Positions 24,619-39,015 of a stretch of 64,000 bases of DNA are shown here, piece by piece. Both the position numbers and the translations under genes were made by a program. Numbering within the stretch: the first letter of the stretch is position 1; each line of letters begins with the position of its first letter. This DNA is from Octopus sinensis. Lineage: Eukaryota. Location: contig NC_043006.1 of assembly GCF_006345805.1 (NCBI RefSeq), positions 84,506,001 through 84,570,000 of the forward strand, written 5' to 3'. The notes beneath the pieces were generated by a model. It worked only from the letters and a program-made list of their open reading frames with translations. It did not search any database and had not been told where the DNA came from.

Positions 24619-25757
24619 TATCTGTATGTGTTCATTTATGTATTTTTGTATATGTTTATATACACAATATCGTTTTCTTTAGCCATATGGTTATAGATCT
24701 AAAACTCGCAATAACTGGTAATGTACTGAGTGCTCACATGAATGTATTGTAATACACACAAAAATATGTATCCTGGTGTTTATATTTTTTCATATATAAG
24801 GGTGTTTTTATTCTCTCTCTTTCTTTACCTCACTTTCCCATCCTCTCTCTTTCTACCCTCTCTCTTTCTTTCCCTCTCTTTTTCTCTCCCTCTCTCTTAC
24901 TCTCTCTCTTTCCCTCTTTCTCTTCCTCTTTCTTACTCTCTCTCTCTTTCCCTCTTTCTCTTCCTCTTTCTTACTCTCTCTTTCTCTCTTTCTCTCTTTC
25001 TCTTCCTTTCTATCTACACTATACGCTATCAATTGTGTTTCGTTCTTTACTCTTTACGATTTTTCTGTTGACCTTAAATTCCGTCTCAAGATAAAAATCA
25101 AAATTTCACCGTGTGCCATTCAAAAAGAACAACAAACACAAACAAAATCAAACGATTACAAAAACAAACAGAAAGCACTGCAACAATAAAAGCATATAAA
25201 CCATACATATAAACAAACAAATAATAGCTTTCTTACAAAGAACAATTTTCAGTCTAACACTTTTCTTTTAATAAGTCAATGATTCACCAAAACTATACAT
25301 ACATTCTGTACCCATCAGAAGAGAAAAAGAAAATCGTAGTGCACCGACTGAGGCTATTTGTTGTTCGTTATTAATAAAGGGGCCTATGACTTATCTTATG
25401 ATGGCAGACATTTTGGATTTATTTCCTCTTTTATTTTCGTCTTTCCCCTTTTTTTAGTTTGATTTTTATATCAGGATCCATTGAAATCTTCTAAAGATAC
25501 AGTCTACGAGATAAATCATTCAAATGGTAATAATTTAATCGTCTGAAGTTGTGTTTTTGAAGGAGATTTGATGTTAAAGTATTAAAAAAGATGAGTAGAA
25601 AGTTGGAAGAGTTTCGTGGTGTTATTTCAAGTGTATTCGCTATGTTTAATGCTTGCAAATAACTTTCATCCATCCCTCTTAAAAAACAAACATATCAACC
25701 AGAATATTTTGTTTGCAAAAATTAATTGATTGTTGTTATATACTATCATATTGCCAT

Positions 25758-25985
25758 AAGGCAGCAACATGTCCGAATCGTTAGCAAGCCGGACAAAATG
25801 CTTAGCGGCATTTCGTCTGTCGTTACGTTCTGAGTTCAAATTCCGCTGCGGTTGACTTTGCTTTTCATCCCTTTCGGGGTTGGTAAAATAAATATCAGTT
25901 GAGCATTGGGGCCGATTGAAATGGCTAAGTCTCCTCCAGAAAATTTCAGTTCTTCCGTCAATAGTAGAAAGAATTTTATCGCTAC
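25758..25985 (+). mobile_element. Family B SINE, tail 2
   Basis: Standard head and core. Confidence 0.85.
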
Positions 25986-26367
25986 AAAGGCCTAGTATGG
26001 TCAAACGTATGTTTAGCTGGTGAGGTCAGAATAAAACCAAAACTTATCTGAGTTGTCTACCCCAGTTGCAAAAAAATAAAAAAAATGAAATTATTTTAGT
26101 CATTCAGTTATATTGATGCTAAAGGCAGCAATTAGGAAGAATAGCTAGCAGTATTCCTTCAGAGTTCAATTCCTGCCTAGTGCAACGTGCAACTTTTGCT
26201 TTCGCAGTTTCTATTTCGATAAATATAATACCAGTCCGATATTAGGGTCACTTATTTTCTGCTCCCCTTCTCTCTATCTCTCTCTCTTCTATCTGCAACA
26301 AATTGGCAGTGTTCAGATCAGCAAAGAACTGGATCTACCAGCATTAAAATAATAAAGGTAGTACTGT

Positions 26368-26439
<72 letters not shown>

Positions 26440-26468
26440 TCAAAATAAAAACATGATGCGAGGATTCA

Positions 26469-26546
26469 GCGGTACATATGTTTCGGGCCTTTATTAGACA
26501 GATTTATAACAATGCATAATGTATGTATGTGGCCTTCTTCAGCCGC
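26469..26546 (-). ncRNA. Minimal type I hammerhead ribozyme with intact core
   Basis: Minus strand: GCGG-CUGAAGA-AGGCC-[~49 nt]-GGCCC-GAAAC-AUAU-GUA-CCGC. 4-bp stem I, GGCC/GGCC stem II, palindromic helix III ACAUAUGU. Confidence 0.75.
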
Positions 26547-26680
26547 GCACAACAGCTTCCACAAGGACATGTGTTACATCAAAAATTCTTGGTTGGGGAT
26601 GCAAATCCTCCCATTCGCGTACGACATAATGCGGCAGCAGCATATATATATATACATGCAAATAAATATACATGTCTATA

Positions 26681-26726
<46 letters not shown>

Positions 26727-26869
26727 GTGTGTGTGTGTGTGCAAGCATGTAAATATATGATATAATAGTTTCAGTATTAATAAAAAAAGTTTTAAAGTGA
26801 AAGTATTAGCTCACATTACAATAATTATGTTGTTGTTTTCTATATATAGATATATATATACAACAGGCT

Positions 26870-27010
26870 TATTTCCAACTACAAATCTACTCACAAGGCT
26901 TTGGTCGGCCCGAGGTTATAGTAGAAGACACTTGCTCAAGGTGCCAATGCAGTGGGACTGAACCCGGAACAATATGGTTGGGAAGAAAACTTTTTACCAA
27001 ACAGCCATGC
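26870..27010 (-). mobile_element. SINE family C 5' fragment
   Basis: CTCACAAGGCTTTGGTCGGCCCGAGGTTATAGTAGAAGACACTTG...GCAGTGGGACTGAACCCGG. Confidence 0.85.
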
Positions 27011-27267
27011 CTGCGCCTATATCTTTGAGAATTTCGCAAATTGCATTTGTACGATTCCGTTACGTTTCAGGAATTCCTCCATCGAACAAAATTATGTCAC
27101 TGCTATTTTATGCAACGGTTCAGCACCGAGTCTTGGATTCATTAAGACTGCTGCCTCTTTAAACAGAACATTCATTGAAATTTAATATCATTCCATTTTT
27201 GTTTATATGTTTTCTTCTATTTTTAAATCTTGTCTAGCAGACACACACACACACAACACACACACAC

Positions 27268-27307
<40 letters not shown>

Positions 27308-27585
27308 CACACACACACACACACAGTGGCCGTGTTGTTTATCTACTTTTATAATTGTATATATTTATGTATATACACATTCTTATCATTTTTTTATACG
27401 TGTATATATGTATACACACAGACATATGTAAACATATGTGCAGGTGCATACATATATAATATATGCATACAATCATATGTGTATGTGTGTAAGTTTGTGT
27501 GTGTGTGTATGCATATGTATACCATGTATACATATATAAAGTTATATTTATGTAAATGTATGAATATGAAATGTATATGTGTACG

Positions 27586-27650
<65 letters not shown>

Positions 27651-27661
27651 GTGTGTGTATG

Positions 27662-27700
<39 letters not shown>

Positions 27701-28149
27701 GCGCAGTGAGGAGTAAGGTCATATTCGCGATATGAAAATGTCAGTTCACTTCAGGAAATCTGTCTTCTTAGAATTACCTTTGTATTCACTACATTTTCGC
27801 ATTTTTTCCCTCTCTTCTTCCATTCCAGAAGCTTATTTTCTGTCAATGGAATGCCAACATGTAAAAAAGAATTCATTAACATTGACATGATGCTAACTAA
27901 ACAATCAGAAACCAACACATTTCTTAGAAACATAACAAGCGAGAGGAGTTGTTTGGCTTGAAGTAGCCATTTTGTAGACACTAAATACATAATACGTACG
28001 CACACACACACATACACACACACACACACACCACACACACACACACATAATGCTCAAACATCCCGCACTTATCGGGGGATACAGAAAATAAAAACAAAAA
28101 TAACGATCATGATGATGACAACGAAAACGACGACGACAATGATGATAGT

Positions 28150-28345
28150 CTCAAATTTTGTCACAAGACCAGCAATTTCAAAGGAGGAGGGAAAGTCGAT
28201 TGAATCGACGCTATTGCTCACCTGGTACTCATTTTATCGACCCCGAAAGAGATGAAAGGCAAAGTAGACCTCGGCAGAATTTGAACTCAGAACGTAAAGA
28301 CGGACGAAATGCTGCGAGCTATTTGGTCGGCATGTCAATTCGCAC
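28150..28345 (-). mobile_element. Family B SINE
   Basis: Core CGACCCCGAAAGAGATGAAAGGCAAAGTAGACCTCGGC. Confidence 0.85.
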
Positions 28346-29215
28346 CTTATTAAACGGGCCCACAGAGGCATTAGTGTGCAGCGCCCAAGAACAAGCTCTC
28401 AGAACAAATTACTCCAAATATTACATTGATAAAAGTACTGACTCGCCACAGTGTAGGATGTGCTCTGAGAAGGGTGAAACTATAAGCCATATTGTTAGTG
28501 AGTGCTGTAAGCTCGCACAACACGAATACAAAAGGAGACACGACAATGTGGCCAGATATAGCCACTGGCTGTTGTGCGGTAAAGCAAATCATGAGAGAGC
28601 CAAACAATGGTATAAACACAAGCCAGGGGGAGTAATGGGAAACGAACATTGCAAAATTACTCTGGGCTTTTAACATGCAGTGCGACCAAGTCATAGAGGC
28701 GAGACGACCAGATATCAGGTTCATCCATAAAGATGAAAAAGAAGTAAAGATAATAGATGATGCAATACCAGGCGATTCGAGGGTGAAATGTAAGGAAACA
28801 GAAAAGATTGAGAAATACCAGCCACTGCGGGACGAGATAGGAAAGTTATGGGGCATGAGGAAAGTAATGGTGATACCGGTGGTAACTGGAGAATTAGGAG
28901 CAGTTTCCAAGGGCTTTGAAAAACATATTAAGAATATTGGAGCTGTTGTCAGGCTCGAGGTGATCTAGAAGACAGCATTGTTGGGTACAGCTCGCATTCT
29001 AAGGAGAGTATTGTTTTTTGAGTCACAGGAAAAGACACTACTTGAAACCTTTGGTGAGTTGTTGTTGTTTGCTTTCAAATAAAGAATAACCGGTAATTAA
29101 GAACTATATGAGAGTCTTTCAGAATAACAATAACGATAACAACAACAACAACAACAACAACAACAATATTAATAATAATAATAATAATAATAACAACAAC
29201 AACAACAATAATAAT
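28345..29215 (+). mobile_element. 3' end of an R4/Dong-like LINE (CCHC knuckle + RLE) with 3' UTR and (AAC)/(AAT)n tail
   Basis: AQEQALRTNY...CRMCSEKGETISHIVSECCKLAQHEYKRRHDNV...RPDIRFI...IIDDAIPGD...EKIEKYQPL...KTALLGTARILRRVL, with one frameshift and a stop. Confidence 0.9.
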
Positions 29216-31560
29216 ATACAAACCTCAATATTGAGTGAAAATGTCTAATACAAGTGTATTGAATAATGGTATGAATGAGGCTGAAACCAAAGGTGAAAGC
29301 CTTTCGCCCAGCAGGTGTCTCGTGGTTCAACAGTGTAGGCCTGGTTGTCATCCACAGGCTTCGTATACACAAAGTCAGAGACAGAGAAGGTGGGATAAGG
29401 GAACAAACTGAACTGTTATTGAATGCTGGATCAGACGTGGACCTAGCAGAAGGGGATTCCAACAACGCATGAAATCAGAATGGGATAGAATAGGACTCTT
29501 CGAGGTAAGTAAACAACAGTTAGCCGACCAGGCAAGAGCAATATGAATAAAAGGGTAGTTAACAGACATGGAAATTGAAGAACTAAAAAGGAAAATAGAA
29601 AACAGTGATAATATTTCAGCAGCAGATAACGTGCCAAGCGAGGGCAGTGAAGATGTAGTGCAGAGTGTAAATGCAAGTGCACTCTCCGCAAATGAAATAG
29701 AAGAGCGATATCACAAGAATACGATAATGATCAACAAGACGTATTGAGGATGATGTTCCGATATATTAGAGAAGACCAGTATGAAGAACACCCCACATTT
29801 GAGGTATGTTGAGCGACGCAAGCTCAAAGCTGAAACTGAAAGAATAGATTCTATCCTTGGACTATTCCTGACGGGAAATATAACCGAAACTAACAAGATT
29901 ATCTGGATCGCATCTCTGGTTGCTGCAGATAGAGTTGGATACAAAAGAAGAGAACATAATGTACACAAAGTTAGAAAGAGATTTGGGACAAATTGATAGA
30001 TTGAAAAGGTGTGAGTTTCAGAATGAAAGCATAAGATTGGCAAGAACAAATAGAATACGGGATAAAGCGTATGGTGTGATATTGGAAGAATTGAAACAAA
30101 GAGTAATAGCAATCAAAGCAAAACTGGAAAGTTGTGACAGTTGAACAAAACAGATCAGAGAGAACAGATTGTCTGAAGCAAATCAGGAAAAAAAAAGACT
30201 GTTTCTGGAACTAGATGGGCATTACACGTAACAATTACACCAGATGCAGACAAAAGCAGGGCATTTTGTGGGGGAATCTGGGACCAACTTGTAAAGCATA
30301 ATGATGAAGCGGAGTGACTGCATGAAAACAAGATAGGTTAAGAAATATAGAAGGCAAAACCAGCATAAAAACAAGAACAGAAATTATAACAAAAGCAACC
30401 CCTAAATTGGAAGAGCTCAGAACCGGACGGGGTCCGGAGTCATTAGATTAAGACGCTGAGAGGACTCTATGAAAGGACAGTGCAACAGCTAGATGAGTGC
30501 TTGCAGGTTGATGCAGTACCTAGCTATATGACAAAGGGAAAGACATTGCTATGTGCCAAGGATCCTGCAAAGGGTAATATTGTATCCAACTATCAACCAA
30601 TAACATGTCTTCTGCTAATGTAGAAACTATTTTGACCGACAAACTATATAGATACTTAGAAAAAAGTGGGCTGCTACCTGTTGAACAGAAAGGGCGCCGA
30701 AAAAGGAGACAGGAAACGAAAGATCAGCTGTCAATTGATAATCTAATTATCAGAAACTGCTATAGAAGGCACACAAACCTGAGTATAGCATGAATTGATT
30801 ATCGTAAAGCATACGATATTTTTTTCTGTAGTTTCAGCTCAGAGCTGCGGCCATGCTGATGCACCGCCGTTTAATAATAATACTTTCTACTGGAAGCACA
30901 AGGCCTCAAATTTGGGGGAAGGGATTAAGTCGATAACATCGACTCCAGTGCGTAACTGGTACTAATTTTATCGACTTCGAAAGGATGAAAGGCAAAGTCG
31001 GCTCGACGGAATTTGAACTCAGAACGTAGAGACGGGCGAAATACTGCTAAGCATTTTGATAACGATCCTGCCAACTCGCCGGATTATGATAGCAAACTCT
31101 TGGATAAGAATCATGGAAATGTATGGAGTAGCAGAATATATGAAAGGTGACGAGCTGGCAGTAATGCTAACACGCCGGGCGAAATGCTTAGCGGTATTTC
31201 GTCTGTCTTTACGTTCTGAGCTCAAATTCTGCCATGGTCAACTGCCTTTCATCCTTTTGGGATCTTTAAATTAAGTACCAGTAATCGACTGGGCTCGATC
31301 TAATTGACTGGTCCTCTCCACTAAAATTTCGAGCCTTGTGCCTTGAGTAGAAAAGAATATATGGGAAGCTTTATATACAACAATAGGAAATGTTGGAGAA
31401 CTGAATTGACAGCAGGAAATCAGGTATTAGAAGAGGTAAAAATCAGAGCAGCAGTGTATCTCCACTGATCTTTGTACTGGGAATGATCCTCTTGAGCGGA
31501 ATACTACAGAAGACAAAGTTGGCGTATGATTTGGGAAGCGGTAAGGGAAAACTGAACTAC
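29216..31560 (+). mobile_element. 5' half of a decayed R4/Dong-like LINE (N-terminal domain to RT), interrupted by SINEs at 30820-31085 and 31142-31355
   Basis: GFQQRMKSEWDR...QQLADQARAI*IKG*LTDMEIEELKRKIE; GKTLLCAKDPAKGNIVSNYQPITCL; EQKGRRKRRQETKDQLSIDNLI; IDYRKAYD; SPLIFVLGMILLS. Confidence 0.85.
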
Positions 31561-32068
31561 TAGCTTATTCTTAATCTCTCTTAATCTTATCCTTTTCATG
31601 TAAAAAGTTCTAAATCATTTGTAAAACAACAACGATAACATTTCTCTTCTGATAAACGTTAAGTCAGTTAACACAACGTCGATAATCAAACATGAACATT
31701 TCTTCATTCGCACCATTCTACAATGAAATCTTCAAAAACATTCCTAAGCGTTCCATACGAAAGCAAAGCGAAAGGGTCACTGAGAGCATTAATCGATATC
31801 TGTACCATATACAGGACGTTAACAACATTTAATAATAATTTGCATTGTTTCTCAGAGAGAAATGATACGACGAGAAGAACAGAATTTCAGGATATCCACC
31901 TCTCAACAGCTTTATCAAATGAAACAAATGTTTGGGAAGAAATTTGAAAAGAATTTCCTGTTTTTTTTGTTGTTGTTGTTTAAGCTGTTTGTTATTCGGA
32001 TTCACGAAATGGTCAGTGCAATTTTTCTATATTGTCCGATTGTGTAAAGAAACAGGATTGAAAATAAC

Positions 32069-32620
<552 letters not shown>

Positions 32621-34649
32621 ACATGAACATGCAGAAACAAGTGTTTACAAAAATTAAACAAATAAATAAATAAGTATAAACCGCAAAACGCGAAGACAAA
32701 TTTGGAAAAAAACAAAAAACAAAAGCTAGAAAAACTCTTTCATGCAACGTTACATTTCGGTGAACATTTCAAATAGCATGAGAGGGTGGTGGCGGTAGGG
32801 GGGAGGTTGTATGCGTGTAAGTGAGAGAGAGAGGTGGAGACAGAACATACGGATGCGCCTGAAATATGTGTGTGAGTTGTGTGTGCTAACAAGAATGTCC
32901 CGCCATACACTTATCGTTGGCGAGAGCATATGAAAGTCATTAGGAACCAAGGTCACTGCGTTACGTTTTGTTGAGCCTCGCAATACGCATGGCGGCTTTT
33001 CTTAATTGAGCGTTGATACTGTCGCTTCTTTTACGACAAACGGTTTTAGCTGATATCTGATCTCAAACCACATGTTAACTGTTTTGTCTACACAATGACG
33101 TACAGTGTTGTAGTGCCGCCTGTGTTGTATTTCCGCACCACTTATTATTACTCTAATAGTAGTAATACATGAGTGTGTGTGTGTATTTATATATATATAT
33201 GGATATGTGTGCGTATACACGGATATGCATGTAAGTATGTATGGGCATGCATATATGTATACATACATATATGTATATATGTATATACATATAGACTATA
33301 GTAATTCCAATACTAATATATATATATATGTATGTGTGCATGTATGTATGTATTATGTATGCATGTATGTATACATACATGCATACATATATACATACAT
33401 ACATACATAGATATATTGTTTGTATGTATTATGTATTATGTATGCATGTATGTATATGTATGTATGTATGTATGTATGTTTAGACGTTATAAGAATTTAG
33501 AAGCTTTGAATGAACGTGAAATAATTCTTTTGCGTTTTGAAACTTCTAAATTTGTCGTAGATAAACTTATGAATAATCGCATTTACATATTGGGTTAAAA
33601 ACTGCCTGTAGAACTTGAACACACATCTTCTGTAAAGATTATTTATAGCTTTATCTGCTTCGAGTTTCACTACTCTCTGAAAAGAATTACATATACATGT
33701 ATATGTGTGTATTAGTGTGTGTGTATATACATACATCCTTTTCTCGCGCGCACGCACACACACATACACACACATGCACACATACATATGTGTAGAGTCT
33801 ACAAAGGAGATCCAGAATTGTTCATTATAGAACACACGTATTAGTGCTCAAATCATTTGAACTTACACGCCGAAGTCTTTATCAAGTGGGTATAAGAGAA
33901 ATCCACGTTAGCTGATATGGAGATAGTGATGGAAATAAGCATGCGTGGCCTATTTGCTGATCTTTCCATCCTGACGAAGGAGGCCCGTATTACGGTAATA
34001 TTCATATGCATCCTCTATTTGGTTGCACTTCCTTGAGCTGTTGTGCACTCCATCCGCCAATTATGAACATTAACTTTTACGCAATTCCGAGCCCCCAGAA
34101 ACAGCTGTCGGACCTAAAATATCATGCCTTCTTACTTTTGCTTCTGTATTTCTTGTACTCTATGGAAATTTATTTATTTTGTAAATATATGAATATCTAT
34201 ATGCTTGTCCATGACTTGTCAGCTGAATATTTTCAGTTTTTGTCCCTCTCATTCTCGCTCCTTCTTTCTCTATCTCTTTCTCTCTCTCTCCCTTTCTTCC
34301 TCTCTTTCTCTCTCTCTCTCTATCTCTCCATATATATACATATCCCTATATATGTTTACATGTTTATATGTATCTATATCTTATATATCAAACCCGAGCG
34401 TATTTATCTGCATCACTCTCTCTCTCAATACATATGTGTGTGCGTGTGTTTGTGTGCGTGTGTGTGTGTGTGTGTATGTGTGTATGTGTGTATTTGTGCG
34501 ACCGTGCGCGCGCGTGTGTGTGTGCAAGTATAATTTCGTTTAGACATAACCGGGTGCAGAATGTAATATGAAATTAAGTAAACAATAAAGCAACAGGAAA
34601 TTAGACCACAAACTTTATTACCTTACAGCTGTTTCGACTATAAGATGCA

Positions 34650-34795
34650 GTGCACGGAGGCGCTGGCTTAATGGTTAGGGTGTTGCACACATAATCGTAA
34701 GACTATAGTTTCGATTCCTAGACCGAGCGATACGCTGTGTTCATGTGGAAAACACGTCATTTCACATTGTTTCAATTTATTCGGCTGGCAAAGAC
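34650..34795 (+). mobile_element. Degenerate tRNA-derived SINE 5' part, next to a hammerhead 3' half (minus, 34615-34640: GAAACAGCTGTA-AGG)
   Basis: GGCGCTGGCTTAATGGTTAGG...GTTTCGATTCC head. Confidence 0.6.
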
Positions 34796-35264
34796 GAATA
34801 ATTCTGCAATATAGTGGTATCCGGCCAGGGGAGAACGTGTTTCGCCACAGGATCCAGGAAACTGGTCGCATTAGGCTACGGCTTTGGAGAGCCTTTCATC
34901 CTTTATCTGATATGTGTGTGTATCAATATGTTATAGATATGAGATGGCCACAAAACCATGTTTAGTACTTATAGTGTTATTCGTCGTCTCAGAGGCTGTA
35001 TGATCTTATGATGGACGTTTCGATTATTGGGACAGGTGCTGCATTGTGTTGTTGAGCAAAATGCCTCTTCTGGCGCTGTTCTGAGATAACTTCGACATCT
35101 GACGTGTCGCACCACCCCATGCACTTTATTCAGGCAACGTCGATTTGATGGAGGGAGTGGGCCGATGTTACGGCGCATACGTTTGATCGCTATAAATAAA
35201 TCATTTGTGAAGGTTGTTTAGCAACAAATTGCAAAATCGTCTTTCTCTCGGTCTACGAAAGACC

Positions 35265-35296
<32 letters not shown>

Positions 35297-36250
35297 TATC
35301 ATCATCATCATCATTCGTCATCTCAGGGGAAGGTTTGTTTAACATTTATTTTGATACTCTATTAAAACAGAGGAAGGAGTAAGAGCGTGAACCCCACCCC
35401 AATCACACATACCAAAACAATAAATAAATAAGTAAATAAATAAATAAACAAACAAATAAATAAATAAATAAAAATAATAACGCTTTGAGGTACGGCATCG
35501 TCAACAGAAACAAAACTCTGCCGAATGGTATGCGCTCGTACCGTCAGTATCTTTTTTTGCCCCTCATGGTGTCCGAACTCATGGGCACTAAAACAAAACT
35601 AGCCATTTTGTATTTACTCTTACCATTCTTGCAAATACAGACCACCACCAGTTTTCTTGAATTCCAGATTTTATCACATTAATATATGGTAAAATTCTTG
35701 CAGCTAAAACTGGAACCATCCCAGCGGAAGGAATGTAACCCGAACGGTGCACAAATACCTCTTGCAACTTTCACCTTTCGGCAACGCAGTGAACCGTTGA
35801 TTGGCCCCGGTGGACTCTTCCATGAACTCAAACGCCTAATGAGGCGCTTGTTCGCCAATGCATATACATACATACGTACGTACATACATACATACATACA
35901 TACATACATACATACATACATACATACATAGATACGTATACATTCATACTTACACACACACACATATATATGATGTGTATATATACACTTGTATGTATAT
36001 ATATATGTATATAGAATTACGCATATATAGATATATACATGTACATATATACACATAGTGTATACCTCTATATCTATGTATGCGTACATGTGATATATTT
36101 ATATATGCATATACATGTATTATATGTATGTATATGTGTGTGTGTGCGCGCGCGCGTGTGTATACATATTCATATGTAAGCACATTTATATATACATATA
36201 CATAGATACACAAATGCACACACATACACAGATATACACGCACATTCCAT

Positions 36251-36350
<100 letters not shown>

Positions 36351-36380
36351 TTCTATGCATATACATATATGGACACACAC

Positions 36381-36453
<73 letters not shown>

Positions 36454-36714
36454 TCATAATGGGAAAGAGAAAATCGGAAGATGTGAGGCGGAGTGTTGGA
36501 GGAGAGGTGAAGTCAAAGAAAAGTGGTGTGTCGGAGAGAGAATAATCGATAGTATATGGGAGTTATCGATACACGTCCATTGTTCCACATGAATGCACGA
36601 TACACCAAAAATACACCAAACTATTACTATCAAAGACGCATATAACTGTTCACTGTTTCAACTGTGCATTGTCCTGCACTCTGCCCTTCTCCTATATCTT
36701 CATCACCAACTTCA

Positions 36715-37130
36715 TGATCATCATCATCATCATCATTGCCAACATTATCATCGCCGTCGTCGTCGTCATTATCATCATCGTTGTCAATGTCGTCGTCACC
36801 ATCATCATCATCATCATCATCATTAACGTTGTTGTTGTGATCGTATTAGTAGTAGTAGTAGTAGTAGTGGCAGTTCTTGGTCGATGTCATCAACATCATC
36901 TTCATCGCCAACGCCACAACCATCTCTACCACCACCACCACCACCACCACCACCACCACCACCACCACCGCCACCACCACCGCAATCGCGACAATCACCA
37001 TCAACAACAGTACTAGTACCACCACCACTACTACTATTACTACCATCACTACCACCACCACCATCATCATCATTTACTTCTTACCGCAGCAGTGGAAGTA
37101 GCAGCAGCAGTAGTAGTAGCAGTAGCAGCA
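36715..37130. repeat. Compound (CAT)/(GTC)/(AGT)/(CAC)/(AGC) microsatellite
   Basis: Read directly. Confidence 0.95.
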
Positions 37131-37520
37131 GCGTTAAATAGAATGGAAGAACGGGATTATGCCCCTTTACATTCGATTACGCCCCTTTCCATTCAGATTC
37201 TATAGGGATCATTCTTTATCTACCAATCAGTATTATATGATCTATTATTTTATTACCCCAAATTTTATTTTCTTGTGCCGCTAACAGAAATTAACACGTG
37301 TGTGTTGGGAGTGCCTGCGTGTAAATGTGTGCACGTGTGTGCAGGCCCCCTCAAAAAAGTCTTACAGCCCCCTCCCCCCTCCTGGACAAAGCAATGCCCC
37401 AGTGCCTATAGGTATATATTTATTTATTGACAGCAAGCCACAACATAGGTAGATTGGCATTGAGCTCCTAAATTCATCCCCATCGCCTGGATAAACTATC
37501 ATGTGTGCCTATGCATTATA

Positions 37521-37985
37521 GTTAAGTTAAGTTAATTTTTTGGCTCAAAAAGCAAAAATCAAGGACATGTAGGGGGACATGGAGTTATGTACAGGGTGGT
37601 GTTCATGCAAAGAGTTCAGGCCATTTGTGGTTAAGGGAGACTTTGAACCGAGTGGTCGTCGGCATCTTCACCATCTCGTCCGGCAGCTTATTCCACGGAT
37701 CCGCAACCCGGACGGAGAAAGCCCCTCTCCTTCGATTGAGATGAAATCGTCGCAGATAGAGCTTTTCGAAGTGACCCCGCAGCCGACGCTCTGGAATATG
37801 GCTGCTGTGAGCATTCCGAATGACTGTCGAATCAAAAACAGAACTCCGCGTGCCGAAGGCCGAAGGCGAAAAGGAAGAATCCACCAAGATACCCAGGTCC
37901 TTTACCTGGTCGGTCCTCTCCAGCAGCAGACGAGCCGGCTCGAAATCATTAAGACGGGATCCAGTGTGTGCAGCATCGATTGAAG
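37521..37985 (-). mobile_element. CR1-group LINE 3' fragment with internal deletion
   Basis: LERTDQVKDLGILVDSSFSPS...LRGHFEKLYLRRFHLNRRRGAFSVRVADPWNKLPDEMV...FKVSL; tail GAGCCAAAAAA(TTAAC)n. Confidence 0.85.
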
Positions 37986-38274
37986 CTAAAAACAAATAGT
38001 GATCAAACAATAATTTAAGACATCACATCCTAATATCTCACAGCCTTCAATGTTTTAGCTTTTTTATATCAGTTTATTATTTGCTTTTGTTATTGTTAAC
38101 TATATTAATCGTTTGTTTAGACTTAGTTTGTTTCAAGAAATTATATGCTGGTCCGGTATTTCTCAAAATGGACAGTACTACTCGCTAGGGAGTGGTGGAA
38201 AAATTCATATCAGTATTAGGAACAAAGAAGGCGGTAGAAAGTTAATAGGTGCACACTCTCTTTTACTCATTTTT

Positions 38275-38745
38275 ACTCTTTTACTTGTTTCAGTCATTTG
38301 ACTGCGGCCATGCTAGAGCACCGCTTTTAATCGAGCAACTCCACCCCGGGACTTATTCTTTGTAAGCCCAGTACTTCGAAATATGAATACCTATACCAAT
38401 AAAACCGAATATAAATAAACCACCTATGTTGCTAGTATTCATTTATAGACGGGTGATACTGGAGTAAGTAGACACGCGCCTCAAACTAGTACCCGGAACT
38501 AAATTACGGGGACATAAACACACCAGCATCGGTTGTCAAGCAATGCTAGGGGGACAAACACAGACACACAAACATACACGCACACATGTATATATATACA
38601 AATATGCGAAGGGCTTCTTTCAGTTTCAGTCTACCAAATCCACTCACAAGGCTTTGGTCGGCCCGAGGCTATAGTAGAAGACACTTGCCCAAGGTGCCAC
38701 GCAGTGGGACTGAACCCGGAACCACACAGCCACTATTGCGCCTAT
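38275..38745 (-). mobile_element. SINE family C carrying a 134-bp foreign insert (38372-38505)
   Basis: Collinear with the reverse complement of 14745-15130 except for the insert. Confidence 0.88.
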
Positions 38746-38881
38746 CTGTACATGTCTTTTAGTCTTAGGCTTCTACTAATTTAAATATTTTTAATGTAAC
38801 ATTTTCATAAACATGTTGTTGGTTACAATCACAACAATACAGATAATAGCAATACCAACGACAAAATGAACAGTAATAATA

Positions 38882-39015
38882 TACTTCGAAATATGAATAC
38901 CTATACCAATAAAACCGAATATAAATAAACCACCTATGTTGCTAGTATTCATTTATAGACGGGTGATACTGGAGTAAGTAGACACGCACCTCAAACTAGT
39001 ACCCGGAACTAAATT
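38882..39015 (+). repeat. 134-bp direct repeat of 38372-38505 (one mismatch)
   Basis: TACTTCGAAATATG...CACGC(G/A)CCTC...GGAACTAAATT. Confidence 0.95.

Noticed and set aside
32750-33140. Unique, coding-looking segment
   Set aside because: The frames I translated on both strands contain stops and show no recognisable motif or convincing splice pair.
35486-35865. Possible Tx1 3' fragment on the minus strand
   Set aside because: Only weak similarity (WSVFARMVRVN versus WVNCARLACIN); not enough to call.
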